NCBI RefSeq assembly: GCF_009914755.1
Contig: NC_060934.1
DNA from: the human T2T-CHM13v2.0 reference genome, Homo sapiens
Length of the DNA: 64,000 nucleotides
Strand: one strand, 5' to 3'
The notes beneath the pieces were generated by a model. That model saw nothing but the letters and a program-made list of their open reading frames with translations, was not told the origin of the DNA and did no database searches. Both the position numbers and the translations under genes were made by a program. Positions 1-14,814 of the stretch are shown here, piece by piece (position 1 is the first letter of the stretch; every line of letters begins with the position of its first letter).

Positions 1-555
1 TGTGTCCTCACATATTGATATCTGATTCCCTAATGCAGCACCGTGTCATTAATGGAGGGTAAGGCAGACAATTATTATTCAGCTGTGCTGTTTAATAATA
101 TTCAACATACATCCCAAGTGGCGCAGGGTGCCTTGGCAGGCGGAGCCCCTGACAAAATGCTCCCATGTATGTCCCGTGCTCGACAGTGCTGTGTGCCTGT
201 GAGTTTGTGCTGAAGTATGATAAACACGTTGGGTGAAAGTGACCCCTTTCAACCTCTAGCGAAACACGACCCTTTCAACCTCTCGGGAAACGCTGGGCCA
301 TAGGAGAATGGCTTGATTCCTCATTGCACTGTGAGGCTGAGTCTAGGCAGACGTTCCCATTACTAGGGACTCAAGGTGAGGACTTTCCCACAATTCACTG
401 CTTTTATCCAGTGCTGGAACTGCCCTGTCTTCTGACCAGTGGATGCTGAGGAACTGACATTCACTGTCATTTTTCCCGTTTTATATAATTTAAGGATCAC
501 TTCCCATTTAGTGAAGTTTATCTCATTTTTAAAAGATTCTCCCTTTCTCCCCTAG

Positions 556-633
556 GGCTACCAGGGCATGGTGGACGGAGGCTCAAACATCGCAGAGGCC
601 GACTGGGAGAGTGTCTCCAGCATCCTGCAAGTG
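556..633 (+). CDS. PFKP: PFKP exon 3 (78 nt)
   Basis: cctag|GGC...GTG|gtagg; encodes [26 protein letters not shown]. Confidence 0.96.
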
Positions 634-1103
634 GTAGGTACTGGGCTGCGTCCACAGGGTTCTCTGAGTTAGAGACTCTTTTATGTCTAGTAAATTCCCA
701 GAACACTTGAGCTCAGATCAGTTGCGAAATAGAGATTATGTGGACAGAACAGACTTTGTGAGCAGCTCTTTACTTGTGGTTTGATTTTTAGAAATGCATG
801 TGTTAATCTGTGAGTCACTTTGAGTACTTGTTAATAGAAATAATCCAAATCGGTGCCTCCCCGCTGAAGACGCTCATGGGGCCCACACCTTCGTGCTGGT
901 CCAGGCTCTCTCTGCATTGGGCGCCTCCTGAGCTCCGACACATCAGAAGAGAGGTGGAGGGAATTTTGACAACCACGGAAGTTAGGTGGAGCAACGTTTG
1001 CAAAACATCAGGAGAGTGTGGGCTGAATTCACACAGGGGAGCGTTTCCATTCTGCGGTGGTGATTGACGGAGGAAGATAAGATGTGAACGGAGAGTTGAA
1101 GTG

Positions 1104-1336
1104 CGTATGTGTATCAGTGAGTCTGTGTTTCTGTGCGTGGTGTATGTGGTGTGTGAATCTCGGTGTGTGTGTAACTGTGTGAGTCTGGTGTGTGTCTGTA
1201 TGTAGGTGTGTGAGTCTGAGTGTGTATGTGTGGTGTGCCCGTGTGTATGTGTTAACTGTGTGAATTTCTGGCTAGCGAATGTGTATCTGTGTGTGGGGTG
1301 TGTGTATATGTGGTGTCCTTGTATGTGTAGGTGTGT

Positions 1337-1367
<31 letters not shown>
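1104..1367. repeat. Degenerate (TG)n tract ending in a pure (TG)n microsatellite
   Basis: visible TG dinucleotide array. Confidence 0.9.
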
Positions 1368-1374
<7 letters not shown>

Positions 1375-2148
1375 TGAGTGAGAGAATGGGAATGGCACCC
1401 ACTCCTCTGCAGCCCAGTTATCCTGGTTTCGTTCCTGAGTTGCGGCCACCTCGTCTCTTTGGTTGGAGTTTCTGGGTTGCTGGCTCTAGCTCCCATTGTG
1501 CTGGCTCTCGTGCTGCCCCCCAGGTTTTTGTCCAGGCAGAGTCCAGAGAGCACCCCTGCCCTGCTCTGCGCCCCCACCCTCACCTGCCTTGGGGGTTGGG
1601 TTGTAAATGGTCTCGGTCACACTTGGTGCCAGTGACGTAGGATCGTGTGGAGTGAATTTCAGTTTTTGTAACCTTTTCATAATGTTTTGATAAATTAAAT
1701 GGTGGTAGGTTTCATGTAAAAATAGGAGCTTTTCTGGGATTTGGAATATTAGTGAGTCTCTGTGTGTGAAAATGAGCTGTGTGCGTGCACCATTGGTGTA
1801 TCGAAACACGCACTCACGTCACTGCAGGGGTCTCCTGGGAGCTGCCTGCAGACCGAAGGCAGGGAGAGCTTCGCCTCCAGTGCAGAGACAACCCCTGCTG
1901 TGCTTATGAGCACCTTGCTTGACAAAGTCAGCACGCGCTTAGGGATCCCGTACGGATGGAGTTTTTTGGTGCATTCATGGTTTTATTTAAAGAAATCTTG
2001 CATTTGTGGATCCCACCAACAATTCTTAGTTTTTGGAAAACCAAGTGTGACGAATCATGATCTATGTCCCCTGGAAGTTTGGATGAAAGAATTTAAGATC
2101 CTGAAGATATAGCTCTTTAAAAGGGGCAGCGAGTATGTGGTGCAAAAT

Positions 2149-2180
<32 letters not shown>

Positions 2181-2658
2181 CCTGGCCCCAGGTTCCTGCT
2201 GGTTTTACTTGCAGGTGCTGTAAGGGGTGACTGGAGGGAGAAGCCTGGCTGCTGGTCACACCGCTTCCCTTGTCCTGGCCGGCATGCTCTGGTGGTCAGT
2301 GGGCTTGTCTTTGGTTCCACGTGCACCTGGTTGAGCTCGTTGGCCGGTGCTGAGGCGGCTGCTGTGACACCGCAGGCTGGTTCCTGCTCCATGTATTTAA
2401 CTGCTGGCTGCCGTGTGTCTGGCTCTGCACCCTCCCTGGCTCCTCCTGGGTGTCACGCGCCTGTCTTTGTCCATGGAATGCTGGTCTGGGACTAAAAACA
2501 GGAAAATCACAGTCTTTCATAGCTAGTTACTAACTCACAAGATGAAAATGAGAAAAATGTAAATTCTAGCACCCCATGTTTATAGTCGGCCTGTGTGTGC
2601 CATCCACCTGGCGCTCTCTCAGACTGAGAGGAGATAAATTAGCTGGTGTCTTTCCCAG

Positions 2659-2848
2659 GGCGGGACGATCATTGGCAGTGCGCGGTGCCAGGCCTTCCGC
2701 ACGCGGGAAGGCCGCCTGAAGGCTGCTTGCAACCTGCTGCAGCGCGGCATCACCAACCTGTGTGTGATCGGCGGAGACGGGAGCCTCACCGGGGCCAACC
2801 TCTTCCGGAAGGAGTGGAGTGGGCTGCTGGAGGAGCTGGCCAGGAACG
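2659..2848 (+). CDS. PFKP: PFKP exon 4 (190 nt)
   Basis: AG/GT bounded; [10 protein letters not shown]...[14 protein letters not shown]-binding motifs. Confidence 0.97.
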
Positions 2849-3263
2849 GTGAGTGGACACCTGCTCCTCTGTCCTGCGGGTTTTCGCCCTGTTTCAGAGC
2901 TTTGGAACCGACAGGTTTCCCTCTTCACTGTGGCAGAAGTACCTCTTCTCACAGATCTTACAGGTCACCATCTCAGGACTTTTTAGGATCTCAAAAAACA
3001 ACAGCAATGATCGTAAGAATGCTAGTAATTTAACCTTACCATGTGCCAGGCACCCTTCGACCTTTCACACAGATAGCTTTATGGAATCCTCACGACAGCC
3101 ATCTAAGCCAGGTTTTAGATCATCCCATTTACAGATGAGGAATCAAACGGCCACTCAGCCGTGGGGCGAGCCGGGTCCCCAGCAGCCTGGGACACTAGCA
3201 TCCGCCTTTCAGCCCTCACACTGTGTCCCTCCAGCTCGCTGGGGTCCTTTAAAACTGAAGTTG

Positions 3264-3603
<340 letters not shown>

Positions 3604-3663
3604 TTATTTAGACGATAAATCTCTGCCAATACATCATCCGGTACCAACTTTGGCACTACTTAG

Positions 3664-4088
<425 letters not shown>

Positions 4089-4534
4089 TGAGAGGCGGCA
4101 TTGAGGCAAAGCAGCTGTCCCTAGGTTTGTGAACATCCTCGTAGGGGATGGAGAAGGCCGCCCGTTGGAAGCAGCCAGGCCTCACGGTTCCCGCTTGTCC
4201 ACCTCATCCCGTCTGGCACAGCACAGTGAGTGCACAGACCGGGACAGTGGCCACAAGTCCGGGCCCAAGCTTGCCCCTGGCCCTTCAGTGGTTCCGATTC
4301 CCTTTATGCAGAACTGCCCAGCCCAGGTCTGTCCTGAGTGCGAGGCAGATGCTCACCCACGATCCAGCTTCCCACAGATGCATGAGAAATCAGTGTGAAG
4401 ATGGCCTAGTGTCTTAGATTCTTAATTCCGTAATTGTAACGTATCCTGTTCAAAGCCGTGTCATTCTCTGAAGCTGTTGCCAGGAAGTACTGAGATGTTT
4501 GTTTACCGATTGCAAATGTGGATCCTTTCTTTTA

Positions 4535-4950
<416 letters not shown>

Positions 4951-5084
4951 AAATGATACCAATAACAAAGAGTTTAGAATGGTTGATTTCTCTACCCACG
5001 GCCATTCTGCCTCACCCCTCGTGGGGCACCCCCCGAACGCGCCATGGTTACGGCGATGAGACGTGCTGTTTGCTCCCCGCGCAG

Positions 5085-5250
5085 GCCAGATCGATAAGGA
5101 GGCCGTGCAGAAGTACGCCTACCTCAACGTGGTGGGCATGGTGGGCTCCATCGACAATGATTTCTGCGGCACCGACATGACCATCGGCACGGACTCCGCC
5201 CTGCACAGGATCATCGAGGTCGTCGACGCCATCATGACCACGGCCCAGAG
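5085..5250 (+). CDS. PFKP: PFKP exon 5 (166 nt)
   Basis: [25 protein letters not shown] catalytic motif; AG/GT. Confidence 0.97.
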
Positions 5251-6420
5251 GTAAAGCGCTCAGAGGAACCGGCGGGAGGCCAGTGGGGCCCGATGTGTGC
5301 CCAGCTCAGACGTTACCACGGGCTCTAGAACATTCTGCAGATTGGGTGTCCTGGTGCTGGTCTCGTAACTTGACTTTTAGGAGCTATTGCCAGAACATTG
5401 TTCTCTGGTCTACTTTTCATTTTTAATTTTAAAACATTCCTTGTTTTTAACCTGATGATAGAAAACAGTTTATTAGAATTTGGAAGGAAGAAACAAAGTA
5501 ATTATCCTCTAAATGTCCTACCCAAACATCTCCAGAAGGAGTGGCAAGCAGGAAACTGTTGTGTGGATTTTCCACACTACTCATTAGAAACGCAGCCAGC
5601 GATGTCCTGCCCTGTGTAACCTACGGATTCACGAAGTGTCGTGGGGGCCACAGCGTTTGATCCGAGGTGCTCTAGGCTCAGCAGGTTATCACTAAAGACT
5701 GTGGGGCGCACCGTACAATTTCTGAAGCAATTTGCATGAAAACCATGTGGAATGGTAAATAGAATAAGTGTCTCCCCTTTAAGGACGAGGTGCTCGAGAC
5801 TGGGAGAGTGCCCGAATCCAGTCCCCAGCATGGCGCCTCCCAGTCCTCTGTGTGCGTGTCCTGTTCCCAGTGATGCCTCACTGGACATTCTCAGTGCGTG
5901 GGCGTGAACCCCACAGTTGGTGGAAAATCACCGAGTTGGAAGGCTGCTCGGAGCAGTTGGATTTTTCCATTCCCTGGGAAGACCCACAGTCTCTGGGCAT
6001 TAAGCACTTAGTGAGTCTGGCACTCACTTGTTTCCGTGGGAGAGATCCAGCCGTGGCTGTCGACAGCAGCTGCCGACTGTGCCCAATAGAGAAGGTATCT
6101 GGGAAAGAGCCCAGCACGGGGCCTGGGAGTGTGAGTGTGTCCTGGCACAGGCAGGCAGAAGGTGTCCAACGTGCAACTGGAGAGCGCAGAGGTGGCTCAA
6201 GTCCCCTTCGTCACAGGAGTCTGGAAGGCTACTGCATAGCGTTTGCCTTAGTAGAAAATGGACCATTTTTGAAGCCTAGGTCCCTGCAGGCCTCCTGGCT
6301 AACTCAGCTGTCAAAGCCCCTTTTCTCTGCTTTCTGAGCTGTTTCCAGGACTGAGTGGGTGCTCCCTCTGTTTCTCTGCTTTCTGAGCTGTGTCCGGGGC
6401 TCCCTCTGTTTCTCTTCCAG

Positions 6421-6465
6421 CCACCAGAGGACCTTCGTTCTGGAGGTGATGGGACGACACTGTGG
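6421..6465 (+). CDS. PFKP: PFKP exon 6 (45 nt)
   Basis: HQRTFVLEVMGRHCG; AG/GT. Confidence 0.96.
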
Positions 6466-6698
6466 GTACGTACCTGCGGTGGGTCCGGTGGACGCGGTTC
6501 AGGTGGGGGACCCTCAGCATCATCTCCCTGAGGCTGCACCCCACATCCTGAATGCTCCCGTGGAAAGTCTTGAAGGGGCCGGCATCCCGCTTCATACCTG
6601 GCGTTAGGTCTGCACGTCTGTCGCTGAGCGGGGTGCCTGGGCTGCCCTCGTGGGAAGGATCCTTCTGGGGTGTTGATGCTGTTGCCTTGTCCACATAG

Positions 6699-6807
6699 GT
6701 ACCTGGCCCTGGTGAGTGCCTTGGCCTGCGGTGCGGACTGGGTGTTCCTTCCAGAATCTCCACCAGAGGAAGGCTGGGAGGAGCAGATGTGTGTCAAACT
6801 CTCGGAG
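6699..6807 (+). CDS. PFKP: PFKP exon 7 (109 nt)
   Basis: [36 protein letters not shown]. Confidence 0.96.
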
Positions 6808-7696
6808 GTAATGCGGGTCCCGTGGCCGTTGATAGCGGGCGATGCTGGCTGCATTGCTTTAATCAGGATCCCAAGTGGGACGGCATTTTAAGCAAGTGAA
6901 AAAATTTCTCTGTCTCCAGTTTGTCACACTTTGTATTTCACTCTATGGACTGTGAGCGTGGGGCATGTTTTCCTCTATGAAGGCTGAGACTCAAGGCAGA
7001 AGAGGTTTCATTTAAGACCTGAGGCTGAGACAGAGTGAGCCTGGTTAGAATGCCCCATGTGTGCCTAACTCTGGCAGGCGGACTTCAGACACTGTTGGCT
7101 CCAGGCTCCACACAGCCACCCCTACCATTTTCTATGGGTGGGTCTTTAATTTGGGGCTTAATAGAAAGCGAGTCCATTGAGGATGAGTTAATCCACATCA
7201 TGGAGTGGTCGCTATGTTCCTTTCATGACTTCTTTAGGCTCACGTGACTGCCGTGAGCATAGGAAGGACGACGGGGACAGCAGCCACAGTGGCCCAGCAG
7301 TGTGAGGCCTTTCGGGTGCAGCTGCAGCTGCCAGAAACCCACTGTCTGGGCCCTGTGTCCGCTCATGCCGTGTTTTCTCTCCCGACTCTCTGCTGCTGGA
7401 GCGTGTGTGCAATACAACCTCATCCCAGTGGCCAGGCTTCGGGGCCTCCCCTGGGAGGGCCGGGGAGGAGTGGTTCACAGGGAGATGGCAGGAAACTCTG
7501 GAGGGAGGCAGAAAGCATGGCGTGCACGGGGCGCCTGTGGGGCGTCCACCTGTGTGTCCTTCCCCATGGGAACCCCTGTCAATCACACCAGCACCCTCCA
7601 CCTGGGGCTGACTGGGGGCCACATTTCTATCTGCGGTGGTGATGTGAGCTCCCAGTCCCAAAGAGCTCTCTTCCAGTGAGCCACAGCCGCCCTGCT

Positions 7697-8310
7697 ACTT
7701 CACCCCTGCCCCTCTCCTCGCCCCTGCCACTGCCCCTTCACCCCTGCCACTGCCCCTTCACCCCTGCCACTGCCCCTTCACCCCTGCCCCTCTCCTCACC
7801 CCTGCCCCTGCCCCTTCCCCTTCACCCCTGCCCCTGTCCTCACCCCTGCCCCTGCCCCTTCACCCCTGCCCCTCTCCTCACCCCTGCCCCTTCACACCTG
7901 CCCCTCTCCTCGCCCCTGCCGCTTCACCCCTGCCCCTCTCCTCACCCCTGCCCCCTGCCCCTTCACCCCTGCCCCTCTCCTCGCCCCTGCCCCTTCACAC
8001 CTGCCCCTCTCCTCGCCCCTGCCCCTTCACCCCTGCCCCTCTCCTCGCCCCTGCCCCTTCACCCCTGCCCCTCTCCTCGCCCCTGCCCCTTCACCCCTGC
8101 CCCCTCCTCGCCCCTGCCCCTTCACCCCTGCCCCTCTCCTCGCCCCTGCCCTGCCCCTTCACCCCTGCCCCCTCCTCGCCCCTGCCCCTTCGCCCCTGCC
8201 CCTCTCCTCTCCCCTGCACTGCCCCTTCACCCCTGCCCCTCTCCTCACCCTGCCCCTGCCCCTTCACCCCTGCCCCTCTCCTCGCCCCTGCCCCTCCTCT
8301 CACCCCTGTC
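7697..8310. repeat. C-rich VNTR built from CCCCTG / CCCCTTCA / CCCCTCTCCTCG modules
   Basis: about 600 bp of iterated short C4 modules. Confidence 0.92.
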
Positions 8311-8502
8311 CCTCCCTGCTGTCACCCAGCACACCTTTCACCACCTTCTGATGTCATTGGGAAGCAGCTCTTAGGAAGTTAGGCAAAGATTCCTGCCCAG
8401 AAAGAGGCCAGTTCAGTTTGAGACAGACTTCTGTGGTTTTGTTGCATTTGTTGCTAAGAACAGGATTAGGAATTTGAGAGCTTTAATTTTCTGTCTCCGC
8501 AG

Positions 8503-8598
8503 AACCGTGCCCGGAAAAAAAGGCTGAATATTATTATTGTGGCTGAAGGAGCAATTGATACCCAAAATAAACCCATCACCTCTGAGAAAATCAAAGAG
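8503..8598 (+). CDS. PFKP: PFKP exon 8 (96 nt)
   Basis: [32 protein letters not shown]. Confidence 0.96.
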
Positions 8599-9975
8599 GT
8601 GAGTGTGTGTAGCTGCTCACTTTCTCTCGGTTTCTGCCTGGAAGCAGGGGAGGCTAGCGTCATGGGCAGGCTTGGTTTAGAACATTGAATTATTAACTTT
8701 TTATCCTTGATATTTAAAACATTTTCATAATGACTCAGAAGTTGGACGGCAGGGGAAACACGCAGCTCCCGCTCCTGGGAGCCCATTCCGCTTACGTCAC
8801 CTCTTGCCGAGCCCGTAGAGGTTCCGGGACTCCCCAGCAGACAGAGGGGGTCAGCTCGAGTGGCCACGCGTGTTCTTTGGATTAGAATGTTCCGGCTCTT
8901 AAACATGAGCTGCTCTGAGAATGAGGACTGACCACTTGGCAGCCGACCCGGGCTTCTGTTTGCCACAGTGGGAAAAGGCGGCGTCTTGCTATTCCCTGTG
9001 CCCTCCCATAACCCAGAGCATCAGCTGAGCACATTCTTACTCACAAAGCCACTGTGTCCTCGTGGCCCTGCCTGGGAACAGGCTTTGGCAGGCTTTGGCA
9101 GGCTTCGTGCCCTGGGACTTGCTCAGGCCAGTGCCTGCCTGTCTGGAGAGGACTCTGATACCATGGGCTGTGCCCCTGCTGTAGACGGGGCTGCAGGCTG
9201 CCGGGGCTGGGGATGGGCTGTGGCTCCAGCAGCCACGGGGCAGAAGACGTCCCCACCTGGCTTTGCAAGTCGGCTTCTTTATTGTGCTTTGTTATGGTCA
9301 GTTAAGGAGCAAAGCATATCTCTGGATATGAAAACAGTGATGGACACCTGGGAAAGACATCTGCCAATATTTATAAGTGGTCATCCATAAAGTCCAGGCA
9401 AAGATTTTATTTCCCGCTTAACTGTAATTAAATTATAGGACAATGGACCGAGAAGGAACCAAGGAATTTACGTAGCCCAGCCCCACTGTCCTTACAGAGG
9501 AATAAGCTGAGTTCCAGAGACAGTCAGTGGCCTCTCCAGATCACCGGGCCGGTGTGCCCATGGGCTGGGGCGAGGGGAACGCCTTGATTGGGCTGGCTTG
9601 TGCTGTTCAAATCACAGCTGAACAAATTAAAGCTGGTTCAAGGAAGATGTTTACATTTTTTGTAAAATATAAGTAATAGTTTAAATGCAAGCTACTGAAA
9701 CGTTACTTTTTTATTTTTCTTTTTTAAAGCAACGAACATATTACTTGTATTCATTTTCTAGGTGCGAGCCAAGATCTTGTCTGGTAACAACAGTATTATT
9801 TTTAAAACCAATTTTCAGCTGCCTGTTATATACACTAAACGTTCTGCTAGGAAACAAAATTTAGAAATAACTTTTCCCATTTAGATCTGAAGAAAGAGCG
9901 AAAAACCTTTTCCAGTGCCCAGTACCTCCTTCCAGATCTGGGCTGCTGTGTCCGCATCACAGTTCCGCATCCTAA

Positions 9976-10218
<243 letters not shown>

Positions 10219-10649
10219 TAACGATCCTTGAGACCTTTGGTGTAGACCAGTCTCTAGGCCTGCAGCCATTCAGATGCGGGGAGAGCTCCCTAATGTGGGA
10301 AGGCAGTGCTTGGTGTTGGCACGACGTGGACCCCAGAGGGCACAATCCCAGGGCAGAAAGGCTGTGTTTCTAGTGTGAGTTTCTGGAAACTGACTCAGGG
10401 CAGCAGGAATCCCAAGTACAAACCCTCCGTTCTTAACACTCCTGCTCTCCATGTGCCCTGACCTCCTCTCTGTTCCCGTCTTGCCAGTTCTAAAGGAGTG
10501 GAAATCGCTTTGCTCTAAAGAGTTGGGCTGGAAGCGGGAGGGGCTGTGAGCACCTGACTGAGGTCATTGGACGTCATGGAAAGATAGGAGGTGACAGGGA
10601 CAGGGCAGGACGGGAGGCTGCCCCTGACCCACATGGACCTGGTTTCCAG

Positions 10650-10775
10650 GCCAGCCGCATGGGAGTGGAGGCAGTCATCGCCTTGCTAGAGGCCACCCCG
10701 GACACCCCAGCTTGCGTCGTGTCACTGAACGGGAACCACGCCGTGCGCCTGCCGCTGATGGAGTGCGTGCAGATG
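10650..10775 (+). CDS. PFKP: PFKP exon 10 (126 nt)
   Basis: [42 protein letters not shown]. Confidence 0.96.
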
Positions 10776-11486
10776 GTGAGTGGGCAGCCCATGGCCAAGG
10801 GCAGGGCGGAGACGGCTGGGACAGAAGCTGCTTGTCAGGCCAGCCTGGGCACCTTGGGTGTCTCGTCGGTGCACGATGCATTACACGGCCTTTCTGAGAA
10901 GGAGGTGAGCTGCCCGTGGGGAGGGAGAAGGCTTGTGTTCTCTCCCACACCTGCAGAGCCTGCGCCATCTTCGCTCTTTGGTTTTCTAAGTTACCATCCA
11001 TCTGTGTGGCACATAGTCGTAACCTCCCCTGAGTGGGGGTCTAGAGCATCGGGATCCTCAACAGTCGAGGATCCAGGTGGCCCCAGTGCACCAGGTGCTG
11101 CAGAAGGACAGAGTGCAGGGAGGCAGCCGAGAGAGAGAGATCCGTGGACAGACTGCAGGGAGGCGGGCGTGAGAGAGACCCATGGGGCAGAGGGGGCAGG
11201 GAGGCAGGGAGGCGGGCGTGAGAGAGATCTACAGGGTGGTATTTTGTAGGGGAAGGTGGGACCTTCCCAAACTTCTCCAGTTTCAGCCATTTCCTGTCCT
11301 CCTATCCCCAAGGACATTCAGGTCTGTGATGGGACACAGGGAAAGCTCTGGTCACCCGAAGATACACCCACCCTTCTTGGGCCAGGGAACTGTCTGCCTG
11401 CAAATGAACAAAGGGAAAAGCAGTTCCAGCTTTTCAGGCATTGGTTCAGTAGTGGAGGTGGCTGTGGAGTTAGCTGCATTTGAAGT

Positions 11487-11810
<324 letters not shown>

Positions 11811-11965
11811 TGTTGTTTTATTTTTCAGAGTTCATTCATGATTCATGACTCCTGTTTTGTTGCCTCTTAACACACACAAAGAAGTCGTGAAGCAATCAAG
11901 TCAGGGACTTGTTGAAAGTCACCTTGTAAACATAATTTCCAAAAGCCCAAGGGAGAAAATAGTAT

Positions 11966-12677
11966 TTGTGTGTATGTGTGTGAGTGTGTGCGCAGGCTTG
12001 TGTCTCTGTGTGTATGTATGTATATGTGTGTGCATGTGTATCTCTGTATATGCATATACATGCAGGTTTATGCATATATTTATGCATGTGTGTGCATGTT
12101 TGTGAGGTAGTTTGGGTCTGCATGTATGTGTATGTTTATATGCATGAGTATGCATGTTTGTGGTAGTATGTCTGCATGTATGTGTGTGCATGTTTGTGTG
12201 CATGCATGTTTGTACGTGTGTGCATGTTTTTGTGAGGTAGTGTGTGTGCATGTTAGTGTGTGTGCATGTGTGTATATGCATGTGTACATTTGAGTGTGAG
12301 GTAGTATGTTTCTGCATGTTAGTGTGTGCATGTATGTTTATATGCATGTGTATATATGTGTGTGAGGTAATGCATCTGCATGTGTGTGCATGTATGCTTA
12401 TATGCATGTGTGAGCATGTTTGAGATAGTGTGTGCATGTCTGTGTGTGCATGTGTTTATATGGATGTGTGTGTATGTTTGTGAGAGGTAGTATGTGCCTG
12501 CATGTTTGTGTGTGTGTGCAGGTATGTTTCTATGCAGATGTGTGCATGTTGGCATGAGTGTGAGGTAGCGTGTGTCTGCATGTTTGTGTGTGCAGGTATG
12601 CTTATGTGCATATGTGTGCATGTTGGAGTGTGAGGTAGTGTGTGTCTGCACGTTAGTGTGTGCCTGTGTGCATGTGA
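11966..12677. repeat. Degenerate (TG)n/(TGCA)n low-complexity tract
   Basis: about 700 bp of alternating purine-pyrimidine sequence with recurring TGCATG. Confidence 0.9.
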
Positions 12678-13517
12678 GAGGCAGTAGGCTTAAAAGGCTC
12701 AGAGCACTGAACGACATGCGGTACGTGTATTTTGAGCCTGTGTCTCATGTCTCTGCTTGTCTAGAGACGACCGTGGTAGGTGTCACTTGCCCTGACCTTG
12801 AAACCACCCTTGTGTGGCTTTGTTTTTAAAGCTGAGGGACCACTACTGCGCACCTGCTGTTTGTCAGGCGTCTTCCTGAGGGTCTGACATGCTTGAATAA
12901 CCTTAGAGATAGCTGGAAGTAGGAGTATTTTTCTCATCTTACAGATGAGGAAATTGAAGTTCAGAGCGAGAAAGAACTTGACCAAGATCCTGACGTTGCC
13001 CAGGGCTGCCTGGCGTGCATCAGTCCCAGCCCCGTGTCCCAGGGCCTCCATCCGGGCCCCTCTGCTCCCCCGCCCGCTGTGACCTCGCTCCCATCCCACA
13101 TCCCCCAGTGAGCTGGTGTGTTCTGTTTTGTTTTTCCCCACCATAATCAAATTGAGAATTCCTTAGAACCATGCCTGAGAGATTTCATTTCCTCTGGCTT
13201 TGTTCTCTTGGAGTTAAATCTTCACAGTGTTGTGTCCACAAACAGCAGGTGACACCTTCTCTTTTTCCTCAGAAGCCTCCTGAGCTAAGCAGTCCCAGGG
13301 CTCTGACCTCACAGCCGGGCCGTGTGGGGCTGGCTGCCAACCAGCATTAGGACACACTTGGCGGCCGGTCGTCTAGACCATTAACCCTGGGGCTGCTGGC
13401 TGCCCGGGTCAGACTGGAGGGGGCTGGTGGGAAGGACCGAGCCAGTCTCTACCTACCCCATCCATGATGCACCAGGTCCTGACACATTCTTTCTTCTTTT
13501 CATCATTGTTTTAAAAG

Positions 13518-13582
13518 ACTCAGGATGTGCAGAAGGCGATGGACGAGAGGAGATTTCAAGATGCGGTTCGACTCCGAGGGAG
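13518..13582 (+). CDS. PFKP: PFKP exon 11 (65 nt)
   Basis: TQDVQKAMDERRFQDAVRLRGR; AG/GT. Confidence 0.95.
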
Positions 13583-13876
13583 GTGAGGTGCTTTGGAGAA
13601 AGCTCTGCCCTGTCAGGAACACACACCCCTCAGGCCCAGCCACTGCAAACGTGCTTAGGGGTTGTGCTTATTCCATGTCACTGTGAAAAATCAGAAAGTC
13701 AGGCAGTACTCACAGCACCGCTCTTGCAGTAGCAGGCCCTGGTGACTGGTTAGAGAGAAATCATTTTCTAAATTTGCCATTGGTCCTTTTTGGTAAGGTG
13801 ATGGTTGTTTAGGAGCTAATGAGATTAAGGCACAAGGTGACTTGTGGCCCTTTAACAACAAACCAAAACAAAAAAA

Positions 13877-14160
13877 GGAGTCTCCTTCTGTTGCCTAGGC
13901 TAAAGTGCAGTGGTGCCATCTCAGCTCCCTGCAATCTCTGCCTCCCATGTTCAAGCAATTCTCATGCCTCAGCCTCCCAAGTAGCTGCGACTACCAGCTC
14001 GTACCAGTGCATGTCACCACATCCAGCTAATTTTTGTATTTTTAGTACAGACGGGGTTTCAACATGTTGGCCAGGCTGGTCTCAAACTCCTGACCTCAAA
14101 TGATTCACCCACCTCAGCCTCCCAAAGTGCTGGGATTACAGGCTTGAGCCACCACTCCCA
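13877..14160 (-). mobile_element. Alu (S-type), antisense
   Basis: Alu consensus similarity. Confidence 0.85.
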
Positions 14161-14414
14161 TGTCTTGCAAGAGAAAGTTATGAAGTGTAGAAGCGTGCCC
14201 TTTTCTCTTAGTCCATTTCCACCAGACACGGACAGCACCGCGGGTCGCGGCTAAGGGCTCTGCCATGCACATGGAATCCTGGGGCCTCCTCCTTCTGCCC
14301 AGATAGTCGGGCAGACACATCGAGTGCTGGCAGATAAGCCGCCTTTTCTCCACATGAGCCCTGAGTCGTGTCCGGTATTCTCGACTCCGGTCCAACGACA
14401 CCCTTTTCCTTTAG

Positions 14415-14484
14415 GAGCTTTGCGGGCAACCTGAACACCTACAAGCGACTTGCCATCAAGCTGCCGGATGATCAGATCCCAAAG
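14415..14484 (+). CDS. PFKP: PFKP exon 12 (70 nt)
   Basis: SFAGNLNTYKRLAIKLPDDQIPK. Confidence 0.95.
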
Positions 14485-14667
14485 GTAGGTGGCCGGCCTC
14501 CCGCGATGCCCTGACCTCTCCTGCGGGCCTCTCCTCATGGCCTCTGCCTCAGTGAATGAGGCCACCTGTTTTCAGGCCTGGCACGGCATGAGCCACTGCC
14601 AAAGTGTGCAGCAAATGGAGCTCACGTGTGCCCGTGACCCAGCGCTCACCTGCCTTCTGTTTTGCAG

Positions 14668-14814
14668 ACCAATTGCAACGTAGCTGTCATCAACGTGGGG
14701 GCACCCGCGGCTGGGATGAACGCGGCCGTACGCTCAGCTGTGCGCGTGGGCATTGCCGACGGCCACAGGATGCTCGCCATCTATGATGGCTTTGACGGCT
14801 TCGCCAAGGGCCAG
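14668..14814 (+). CDS. PFKP: PFKP exon 13 (147 nt)
   Basis: [26 protein letters not shown]..., start of the C-terminal regulatory half. Confidence 0.96.

Noticed and set aside
241-292. About 27-bp tandem duplication (GACCC(C)TTTCAACCTCT..GAAAC x2)
   Set aside because: Ordinary small intronic duplication with no functional cue.
815-1640. His/Thr- and Cys/Val-rich ORFs
   Set aside because: Artefacts of the (TG)n repeat; the same applies to ORFs at 11845-12829.
7676-8374. 232-aa Pro/Leu-rich ORF
   Set aside because: Translation of the C-rich VNTR, which lacks stop codons by composition; no ATG start.
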